IMG/VR virus record: IMGVR_UViG_3300026484_000545
Coordinates: 1 to 64,000 of that record
DNA length: 64,000 bases
Strand: one strand, 5' to 3'
Origin: a virus
Lineage: Duplodnaviria > Caudoviricetes
The notes below the pieces were generated by a model. That model was not told where the DNA came from. It made no database searches and saw nothing but the letters and a program-made list of their open reading frames with translations. Position numbers and translations under genes: made by a program. Each line of letters starts with the position of its first letter. Position 1 is the first letter of the stretch. This document shows, in pieces, positions 49,394 through 57,049 of the stretch.

Positions 49394-50507
49394 GCAATTG
49401 AGTTTCTAGATTTTTCGAAGTTTCAATTTGTTTACGTAATACTTCTTTTAACGTTTCGACATGTTCATCAAAAACTTCCTTGAATTTTGGATCGTTTTGA
49501 TAGTACTCATATGCTTTTTTCAAATGGAATTTTTTAGGATACCCTTCCATAGAATAATAGCCACCCGATGCTCCTACTACCTTTAATACATCTCTCAAAT
49601 AGAGGAAATTTGTCCAAAATTCACTAAACCCATTTGCATAATCTAAAACCATGTAAAATGGATGAAATGGTGCAACGTATTTGTTCTTCAGAAATTTACA
49701 TTCGGTAATTGCTCCTTGAAATCCAAAACTTCCGGATTTATCAGGTTTTAATTGAGTATACGGTTTCATAAGTAAAACTGAGAATGCTGCAAATATTTGT
49801 GCTTTACCACCAGGTATTGATTTGTTTTCAAGCCCAGGTAAATTAATCTCGTTTATACCATCAAAAGGCCCAAGCTTTGGTTTCTCTCTAAGCTGATTCA
49901 CTGCAAGTAGTGTAATATTGTATTGTGCAAGATAACCAGTGATAGTTCTAAAGAAAGCTGATAAAATTCTAGCATTCAAACCTAGTGTTTGATTTATATC
50001 ATTTGTCTTTAATTCTTTTTCACTTGGTGTTTGAGCAATAGAATCCCATACGATAATAGTTGGGACTTTAAGATAAGAAGGATCCTTTTTAATTTTTTCA
50101 CGTTTAATTGCAATGATTCCCTCAATAGATTCCATTACCTTTTCGAGTGTAATACCTGCATCGCAATATAATACTTTATCAAGTTTTACACCAAGTTGTT
50201 GAAATCTTTTACGGGACATTGCAGCTTCGGTGTCAATTATAAGAATTATTGCGTCTTCATATTTTCTTTGAATTGCTGATACGCATTGTAATGCTAAAGT
50301 AGATTTACCTGCACCAGGATTTGCTAAAAACAAATGGAATTTCCCTAAAGTTATACCACCTCCGCTGTAAATGTCAAATATTGTCAAATTTGTCGGAATT
50401 AAAATATCGTCGTCCTCAGCTTTTTTTCGAACTGGCAAAGATTTGGATTGTAATAAGTCAACTATTTCATCGTATAAATCTTCAGATTGTTTTCTAGTCT
50501 TCGCCAT
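49344..50507 (-). CDS. recA: RecA/UvsX-like recombinase
   Basis: IPTN...D..SGGG, ANPGAGKST, IDTEAA, IVWDSIA, VNQLR, PGGKA, KNKYVAPF. Confidence 0.93.
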   Translation of the reverse strand: MAKTRKQSEDLYDEIVDLLQSKSLPVRKKAEDDDILIPTNLTIFDIYSGGGITLGKFHLFLANPGAGKSTLALQCVSAIQRKYEDAIILIIDTEAAMSRKRFQQLGVKLDKVLYCDAGITLEKVMESIEGIIAIKREKIKKDPSYLKVPTIIVWDSIAQTPSEKELKTNDINQTLGLNARILSAFFRTITGYLAQYNITLLAVNQLREKPKLGPFDGINEINLPGLENKSIPGGKAQIFAAFSVLLMKPYTQLKPDKSGSFGFQGAITECKFLKNKYVAPFHPFYMVLDYANGFSEFWTNFLYLRDVLKVVGASGGYYSMEGYPKKFHLKKAYEYYQNDPKFKEVFDEHVETLKEVLRKQIETSKNLETQLLEENIDDRDTNNSETT

Positions 50508-50859
50508 CATCACCTCCAATTACTGTAATCGTTTTTTGTAGTTGAGTTAAAATACGAGGATCAAGTTTGACTTGATCCTCAGATGTATCTAATTTCGATA
50601 AAAGCTTGATTTGTTGTAAACGTGTTGATATTGCTGTGGATTGTAACTGTCCAAAAATTCTCAATAACTCAACGTACATTTCATTTTGATTCATTACATT
50701 CTTACTTTTATATGCATAATAGCTGGTGTCGCGTTTATCTGACAAAATCTGTTTTTGCAAAGTTTGTAGATTACTTTTAATTGTTGAAAGCATTTCATCA
50801 ATATCGGATAATCTATTATCCAAATCTTGCATATATTCATCTAGTTTTTTATTTTGCAA
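50494..50859 (-). CDS. Coiled-coil hypothetical protein (121 aa)
   Basis: AGGAGG RBS with TTG start. Confidence 0.65.
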   Translation of the reverse strand: MQNKKLDEYMQDLDNRLSDIDEMLSTIKSNLQTLQKQILSDKRDTSYYAYKSKNVMNQNEMYVELLRIFGQLQSTAISTRLQQIKLLSKLDTSEDQVKLDPRILTQLQKTITVIGGDDGED

Positions 50860-50873
50860 AAGAATTCCTCCTT

Positions 50874-52310
50874 TTATACGAGATGTTTTTGAATTTGTTT
50901 CATGTTAAATAGTTGCTTTCGAATTTGAGGCAATAAATGCTTTGCTCTAGGTAGAAAATCATAGAAAATTTTAAGCTCGTAGGCTAAAGCTTCAGCACGT
51001 ACTGTAATTAACTTTTGATTCAAGAGATCCAAGTATGTATATCTACATACATTTGTGATAAATTTATGCCAATACTGAGTTTCTTTTGTATAGCGTTTAA
51101 ATAGGTTATTTGGATGCTCATACAATTCATCTAAAACATTTTTGATTCCGGTTAATTTAACACGATTTTTCAACTGCTGCTTTACATTTGATGTCAATAA
51201 TCGTGGAATTAATTGTAATTTGGCAAAGCGTTTAAGAAAATCGCTGTAATAAAGTACTAAAATTGCACTTTCTTTTTTAGTAAACGGCAATGAAACAGTT
51301 TCACCAACCGTATAAGTTATTAATGGCGCTACAAATGTATCAAAAAACGGTTTGTTAAAGTTATATTGCTCGTAAAATACAGAGGTTTTCATACCATATG
51401 TCTTTTCTAAATACTGCATCATATACATCAAATATTTATCGAAAGCAACCTTTAGGCAATAGTCAATATTTGCCTTATAAAAATCATCAAGTTCTAAATA
51501 AGTTAGCGAAACTTGATATACGTCAGTGTATAGGTAATACAGTTGACGACTCAAGAAGTCAATTACAAAACCAATGGGATTATAACTTTTATGCATAATA
51601 GGAAGAATGTAAAAAAGAATGTTGTAGAAAAATTCAGAAACTACGTAATCTTCGTCTTTAAGCATTACTTCCGATAAAAATTTCCAGATGTTTTCTCTAT
51701 TTTTCTTAGAACCGTATACTCTTTGTTTTACGATCACAAAAAGTTTATCAAAAACTCCATGTTTTCGTAAGGGTTCTAGTAAAGTTTCTGTTATTTTAGT
51801 ATGCAATCCTGGTGAAAATTTTTTGGAAGTGTAAAAAATTAAACCATATAACTTCATCATCCAGGCATATTGAATCAATAAAAGACTATCTTCCTCATTT
51901 ATCTTAACTTTTGCACGAGTATTAGTACGAATTTTTAGTTTCACATTTGGTAAATAATAAGTTTCGAGATATTGCTTTAGGAAATTAAACCCTGCAAATA
52001 AAATGTCAGAGAAAGTAATTTCGTCAATCCAAGAGTTTAAATATAGGTAATATGAGTAGAGAAATTGCTTTGCAAAATCAGGAAACTTCTCGAAAAAATC
52101 ATCCAAATCGCTTAAAATATACGGACGAAATTTTCGAGTGATTTTTTGCTCTAATTGAACGGTTACATCTTGTAAAGTTTCGTAGGGATAATTTACTCCA
52201 TATTCATCGCATGCATACTCATAAATCGACTTACGTGTAGAATCAGTTACACCAACATGTAATCGATACCCTCTGATATTAAACGAAAACCCCAAAGTCT
52301 CATAAAACAT
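50874..52310 (-). CDS. Candidate sigma-like promoter-specificity subunit of the non-virion RNAP (AR9 gp226/phiKZ gp68-like)
   Basis: About 480 aa, helical; start MFYET after GGAGGT. Segments KINEEDSLLLIQYAWMMKLYGLI and FDKLFVIVKQRV......IWKFL...ILFYILP......NPIGF recall this family (recollection, unverified). Confidence 0.45.
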   Translation of the reverse strand: MFYETLGFSFNIRGYRLHVGVTDSTRKSIYEYACDEYGVNYPYETLQDVTVQLEQKITRKFRPYILSDLDDFFEKFPDFAKQFLYSYYLYLNSWIDEITFSDILFAGFNFLKQYLETYYLPNVKLKIRTNTRAKVKINEEDSLLLIQYAWMMKLYGLIFYTSKKFSPGLHTKITETLLEPLRKHGVFDKLFVIVKQRVYGSKKNRENIWKFLSEVMLKDEDYVVSEFFYNILFYILPIMHKSYNPIGFVIDFLSRQLYYLYTDVYQVSLTYLELDDFYKANIDYCLKVAFDKYLMYMMQYLEKTYGMKTSVFYEQYNFNKPFFDTFVAPLITYTVGETVSLPFTKKESAILVLYYSDFLKRFAKLQLIPRLLTSNVKQQLKNRVKLTGIKNVLDELYEHPNNLFKRYTKETQYWHKFITNVCRYTYLDLLNQKLITVRAEALAYELKIFYDFLPRAKHLLPQIRKQLFNMKQIQKHLV

Positions 52311-52368
52311 AACGAAATACCTCCTTAATTTGCGTGATACAGTGCGAGTAAAAATATGAGGGGGCTTT

Positions 52369-52614
52369 TTATGCCCCCTCATATTTTGCTACAACTTGTT
52401 TAATCGTATCCTGAATTTCTTCTAGCGTATTTGAATCTACAATTCCATATATATTTACACTGATTCCGATGGGATTACGTACAATCTCAAATCGTTGAAT
52501 CAACTCAAAGTTGATGTGAGGAAACTGTTCTCGTAAGGTTTGTTGCAATTCCTTAATCAGTTCATCGGAATACAAATCGATATTGCAAACAGACTGATAT
52601 TCAAACGTACTCAT
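52369..52614 (-). CDS. Small acidic hypothetical protein (81 aa)
   Basis: GAGGGA RBS; ends in a GAGGGGGC/GCCCCCTC terminator-like hairpin (52358-52380). Confidence 0.65.
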   Translation of the reverse strand: MSTFEYQSVCNIDLYSDELIKELQQTLREQFPHINFELIQRFEIVRNPIGISVNIYGIVDSNTLEEIQDTIKQVVAKYEGA

Positions 52615-53150
52615 TAATCCCTCACGTTTGATTGATTGTATGATTAATCTAGCAAGATAATCAAATATGCGCTACCTGTTTTCCTAAACTCGAAATGCAA
52701 AATCAGCAAATTCTTCGTAAATGTAAGATAATCGAATTTCTACATCTGGTGTCTTTCACTTTATGCGTTAAACGAAAAGCTTTTATGTAGCTGATCGATT
52801 GCAAAGCGAAAAAGAATCAGATTTGAGTACGAGGATATCCATCGAGTATTGCATCATACTTTGTGTTGTTCACTTTATGTGAATTTTCTGATTGCAACAA
52901 TTGATTTGATTACAAGATCGATTAACCATCGATTACTCACTAGTGTTTCTGCAATACGTGTTTTCTCTTTATGTGATTTTAAAAGAAAGCTAATTTGCAA
53001 TAAGGATAGTAAATTGCAACGATACTAGAAAGAGATATACTCACCACATTTTGTGTTTTGATAAGATGATTTGTTAATCTCATTGCTTTTTGAGTTTACA
53101 ATAGGTTAATCAAAATTTGAGAAATCAAAATCGGATATGTAATGACTCGT

Positions 53151-53193
53151 TATAGCGGATAACGTAGTCCTATCCGCTATATTTTCTATTTTT
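53151..53193 (+). terminator. Terminator-like hairpin within the structured region
   Basis: TATAGCGGATA/TATCCGCTATA 11-bp stem followed by TTTTCTATTTTT. Confidence 0.55.
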
Positions 53194-53222
53194 ACTTAAG
53201 ATATTTCTATCTCAAATTTTGA

Positions 53223-53669
53223 TTAGTTATATTCTTTATTACCTAATTGTCTATTTTCGATAGTTAGGTAATCTCTAGATATGAAATCAACAAAATCTCT
53301 TTTAATTCTCACATAAGAATCACAAGTGATATCAAACGATAAATCAACCAGGAATTTGCGAATATTTGCATTTATGCGAATATTTGCAAATTCCGATGAA
53401 CTATCGATGTTATTACTTATTCCCATAAGCATCATTAGTAAGCAGATAATCAACAATAGAACGTATGATTCTCTTGTTTGAGATATCTTTAGATATCTCA
53501 AATGAGAGAATCTTCTATTATTGCTTAATTTGCTAAAGGAATCGTAAGTTTGATAGATAAAGCTATAGAATAAGCTATTCTTATTTACGCAGATCACGTT
53601 TTCGCACTTGTAATCCAATTGCTTGCATTGGTTTTCACATCTGGTTGGGATTTGTGAGAACTCCAACAT
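53223..53669 (-). CDS. Possible 148-aa protein with one hydrophobic segment, antisense to the structured RNA
   Basis: Perfect GGAGGTG RBS 7 nt before ATG 53669 and a long open frame in AT-rich DNA, but atypical composition. Confidence 0.4.
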   Translation of the reverse strand: MLEFSQIPTRCENQCKQLDYKCENVICVNKNSLFYSFIYQTYDSFSKLSNNRRFSHLRYLKISQTRESYVLLLIICLLMMLMGISNNIDSSSEFANIRINANIRKFLVDLSFDITCDSYVRIKRDFVDFISRDYLTIENRQLGNKEYN

Positions 53670-53745
53670 TTGCAAACACCTCCAATGATTTTTTGACGTC
53701 AGGCTGCACTCGTTTTTAAAAACGCAGGTGCAACGAGTATTATCT

Positions 53746-54019
53746 AGTGCAGCCCGGTCCGGTTCCTAAATATATTTAGCCGGATCGCGATCATAATATG
53801 TTATTCGGCACGTCATGTTAGACATCTAGGAAAACTCGTTGAATTTGTTGGTCTTGCAATCTGTTAACCTAAGGTTGTCTGAGTAACGTGAGGTTTTCCG
53901 TTAACCAGACGTTTCGATTTCGTGAAATCCAGCGAAAAACGTTGCAAAAATTGTGGCTTAAAACGCTTGACATTTCAGAGACGGCGTATAAATTTAAAAA
54001 CAGTGCAGCCCGGTCCGGT
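53746..54019 (+). repeat. Two exact 18-bp direct repeats AGTGCAGCCCGGTCCGGT (53746-53763, 54002-54019)
   Basis: Read directly. A partial inverted copy GGCTGCACT lies at 53702-53710. Confidence 0.9.
53967..53995 (+). promoter_or_regulatory. Putative promoter upstream of the second 18-bp repeat
   Basis: TTGACA-N16-TAAATT, overlapping a GTATAAAT phage-type motif; predicted start near 54002. Confidence 0.5.
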
Positions 54020-54268
54020 AGCAGGTTCTCTTCGCAAAGAAGAGAACCGAGAAGGAGACAGGGCATCTACGTGTTGATTTTCTGAGTAAATAATCCCCAG
54101 AATCTACCAAATTTCAAGAATCCTTCCGAAATTTGCTTTATCTTCCATGCAAAGTATAAATCGGATTTTAACTTAACAAGTTTTAAAATATTTGAATTTC
54201 CAAATAAAAGAATTTGCGTTAATTACACATGAATATTTTAAAACATATAAAAATGGAGGTATCTAATT

Positions 54269-54898
54269 GTGAAAGCTGCAGATGTAATGAGAATTTTGCA
54301 GATTAGTCGATCAACTCTCTGGCTTTATGTGAAACAAGGAAAAATCAGAGTCAGAAAGTTGCACAATGGTAGATACGATTATAATGATGAAGATGTCTGG
54401 AAACTTGCTGGTAAATGTAAGGAAAGAATGAATGTGATTTATGCAAGAGTTTCTACTCATAGCCAAAAAACCAGTTTAGAGAGTCAAGTTAAGCAATGCG
54501 AGGAATACTGTAGAGCTAATGGGTTAACTGTACATAAAGTTTTTAAAGATATCGGATCTGGTATTGACTTTGAAAAGCGAAAACAGTTTATGCAAATGTT
54601 TGAGTTAATCAAGCAATTCAAAGTTGATAAAGTAATTGTTACATACAAAGATCGCCTATCTCGTATTGGATTTGAATTTTTAAGAAAAGTTTTTGAATCA
54701 TACGGTACTAAAATAGTAGTCATCAACGAGTCTAAGTATGATGATGAAAAACTTGCTGAAAAAGAAATCTTTCAAGAATTAATTTCAATTATTCACTCTT
54801 TTGCAATGAGACTTTATAGCAATAGAAAAAAGAGACTGAAATTACAATATTGCGAAGAGGAGCTAAAGCATGAGCTCAAATGTGATAAAAGTACATAA
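54269..54898 (+). CDS. tnpA: IS607 serine transposase TnpA
   Basis: N-terminal HTH (LQISRSTLWLYVKQGKI), IYARVST catalytic Ser, DIGSG, YKDRLSRIGF, SFAMRLYS.R. Confidence 0.95.
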   Translation: MKAADVMRILQISRSTLWLYVKQGKIRVRKLHNGRYDYNDEDVWKLAGKCKERMNVIYARVSTHSQKTSLESQVKQCEEYCRANGLTVHKVFKDIGSGIDFEKRKQFMQMFELIKQFKVDKVIVTYKDRLSRIGFEFLRKVFESYGTKIVVINESKYDDEKLAEKEIFQELISIIHSFAMRLYSNRKKRLKLQYCEEELKHELKCDKST

Positions 54899-56564
54899 AG
54901 CATTGAGGTTAACCTCAAAGTATGCAAATAAAGACAAAAAACAATTCATTTTTCAAATACTTGATGATGTCAAACGTATGAAAAACCAAATGTCTGAATT
55001 TATGTATAATCGAATTCATGAATTAGTTGAATGTTTGGAAAATAAAAAGAAGAAAAGTCAATTTATTGGTAATTACAAACAATGGAAACACTCAGTTCTT
55101 CCAGCGCATACTATTCAAACTTTATTTTCCAATGTTATGACTTGCTATTTGAATCACATCAAGCAACTTATTAATAATGCGAAAAAGAAAATTCGCATTC
55201 AATCTAAACTAAATATTTCAAAAAGAAGTCAACGTATCTCTATTGAATTTAAGAAATCTCCTTTATGCAGATTAATATCGTATTTATTATCACTATCCAA
55301 CTTACAAGAATACACTTCTTTTTCACATGTAGAAGCCAAACTTATAAGCAAAGAGTTGCAAGAATTTTGGCAAAATCTCTCTTTCAAAAAGAAGATGCTT
55401 GTTATAAATATTGTCAATAGCAAAATTCAGAGAATACTAAAAAGAATCAAACGTATTCAATTTACCTCTGGAAGCTTCAGATTAACCGCTTCTGGTTACT
55501 CTTACGAAATTGTGAAAGATGAAGATAATTCACTTTTCAAATACTTTTTAAAACTAGCTTTCAAATCTAAATCTATCTATCTTCCACTGCTTTTAGAAGA
55601 TAATCCTAAAAACAAAAGAAGCAAAAAGTACTTTCAAAGAATACTTACTGGAAATTTAAAAAAGCAAATCTTTTTGATTGACCGAAGAAATTCTACAAAT
55701 AGTAAGAAACTCTTTTTTGTAGTAGTAAGCGAAGAAAATTTGACATTTCATGAATTTGGAAAATTTGTTGGATGCGATGTAAATCTAACATCTGAAAAGT
55801 TTCTTACATTCTCCAACGGATTTTCCGTTGAATTTGATAAAAGATTTCTCAAAGAATACCTCTCGTTTTTAGAAGAAATCGATAGAAAAGGATATCGTAA
55901 TCTGACTAAAGATGAAAAGAGAAAACTGAGAAAATATACAAAAAGAATTGAGTGGTATATTGAGTTTCTCATTGCAAATGTTATAAACAAACTCAAACAA
56001 CTTGGATATACAGATATAGTACTTGAAGATTTAGATTTATTTAACAATGGAAAATTTTATGTTAATCTCTTTGGATACAAAATGAAACTCAATAGATTTG
56101 TAAGATTTCTCAGACTAACTGGATTAAAGGAAAAATTCATTCGTATAGCTCATAACCGAGGAATTAGAGTACATTTAACACACTCCGCATATACTTCACA
56201 AATGTGTCCTTGTTGCGGACACATTTCTAAAAAGAATCGAAAAAGTCAATCTGAGTTTGTATGCGAAAAATGCGGTTTCCAATATGATGCTGATAGAATT
56301 GCTAGTGTAAATCTTTTACTAAGAATCAAACATAAAGAAATTTGCAAAAAACTTCATACTCAAACAAAGGATACTAAAGAATTCAGAGCAAAACCGATGA
56401 CCTCTAGAAGTATTTTGTCAATCCTTGAAAAGTATTTTGATTTTATGACATTGTCTAAATTACTGGTACAGTTGGTAGATGTTCTACCAACTGAGTTTCT
56501 TGCTAGATACTTTCGACATAAACGTATGATTTTATGCGGGTTTCATCATGCGGTTTCCCGATAA
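54870..56564 (+). CDS. tnpB: TnpB RNA-guided RuvC nuclease (long, 564 aa)
   Basis: RuvC-I VGCDVN, RuvC-II VLEDL, YTSQMCPCCG...CEKCG zinc ribbon, RuvC-III DADRIASVNL; D/E/D triad intact. Confidence 0.93.
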   Translation: MSSNVIKVHKALRLTSKYANKDKKQFIFQILDDVKRMKNQMSEFMYNRIHELVECLENKKKKSQFIGNYKQWKHSVLPAHTIQTLFSNVMTCYLNHIKQLINNAKKKIRIQSKLNISKRSQRISIEFKKSPLCRLISYLLSLSNLQEYTSFSHVEAKLISKELQEFWQNLSFKKKMLVINIVNSKIQRILKRIKRIQFTSGSFRLTASGYSYEIVKDEDNSLFKYFLKLAFKSKSIYLPLLLEDNPKNKRSKKYFQRILTGNLKKQIFLIDRRNSTNSKKLFFVVVSEENLTFHEFGKFVGCDVNLTSEKFLTFSNGFSVEFDKRFLKEYLSFLEEIDRKGYRNLTKDEKRKLRKYTKRIEWYIEFLIANVINKLKQLGYTDIVLEDLDLFNNGKFYVNLFGYKMKLNRFVRFLRLTGLKEKFIRIAHNRGIRVHLTHSAYTSQMCPCCGHISKKNRKSQSEFVCEKCGFQYDADRIASVNLLLRIKHKEICKKLHTQTKDTKEFRAKPMTSRSILSILEKYFDFMTLSKLLVQLVDVLPTEFLARYFRHKRMILCGFHHAVSR

Positions 56565-56640
56565 TTTAATTTTCGAATGTTTTCGAATATTTCAAAATAA
56601 AAACCGGATGTCATAGTGATTCAAAAATACTAAAAGAAGG
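56440..56640 (+). ncRNA. Putative TnpB omega-RNA (reRNA) scaffold
   Basis: Perfect 11-bp hairpin 56469-56493, CGTATGAT/ATCATGCG hairpin, and closing pair TATGACAT (56444-56451)/ATGTCATA (56608-56615), overlapping the tnpB 3' end. Confidence 0.55.
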
Positions 56641-56650
56641 AGGCGTTATT

Positions 56651-56968
56651 ATGGAGTCTATTCACTGTGAAATCCTCGAAAACCTTTGTAATACTACATG
56701 TAATCCTAAACTTGTAGACATTTTTCAGCTTTTAGAGGAATATCTGAAACCTTTTTCTAAAATCTACTACGGCATATCGCAATCCGAATTTACAATTTAC
56801 CATCCTAATTTCAAAATCACTATTCGTTGCATTTCTGAAGAACCTTTTGAATTTGTCCTCGATTATAACAACAAGGAGTTATTCAGCACTACTGACATAA
56901 ATAAAGTAATAGAATTTCTGGAGTATACTTTATTACCAGACTACGAAATGGGCTTTATCTCAGATTAG
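56651..56968 (+). CDS. Hypothetical acidic protein (105 aa)
   Basis: AAGGAGG RBS. Confidence 0.7.
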   Translation: MESIHCEILENLCNTTCNPKLVDIFQLLEEYLKPFSKIYYGISQSEFTIYHPNFKITIRCISEEPFEFVLDYNNKELFSTTDINKVIEFLEYTLLPDYEMGFISD

Positions 56969-57049
56969 TCAATTTGCATAACATAATAATGCATCACTGA
57001 GAGCTAAGATGTATTGCTAAACCTTTGAATAGCAAGGAGGATTAAGAAA

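Larger units (their letters stand above)
52630..53700 (+). ncRNA. Putative large structured non-coding RNA(s)
   Basis: At least ten helices, most with G.U pairs on the + strand: 52641-52651/53102-53112, 52686-52700/53083-53097, 52730-52800, 52940-53028, 53107-53122/53210-53225, 53238-53272, 53351-53394, 53401-53556, 53322-53328/53605-53611, 53631-53661. No + strand ORF of 60 aa or more. Confidence 0.6.
54100..56620 (+). mobile_element. IS607-family insertion sequence (ends approximate)
   Basis: Overlapping serine-recombinase tnpA and tnpB; short TTTCGAAT repeats downstream. Exact ends not determined. Confidence 0.85.

Noticed and set aside
53017..53170. Second group I intron or IStron (AACGTAGTCC resembles J8/7-P7')
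   Set aside because: No matching GACTA P7 strand, no P4/P6 core and no interrupted gene found.
48057..54019. CRISPR-Cas system (Cas4-like gene plus 18-bp repeats plus TnpB)
   Set aside because: Only two repeats, 256 bp apart; no regular spacers and no cas1/cas2. Solo Cas4-like nucleases are common in phages.
53747..54060. Group II intron 5' end or Y RNA (GTGCAGCCCGG; GGTCCG)
   Set aside because: Not GUGYG, no domain V with the AGC triad seen, and no convincing Ro-binding partner strand.
53869..54085. 65-aa ORFs on both strands
   Set aside because: No convincing RBS; they overlap promoter-like and hairpin sequence; atypical composition.
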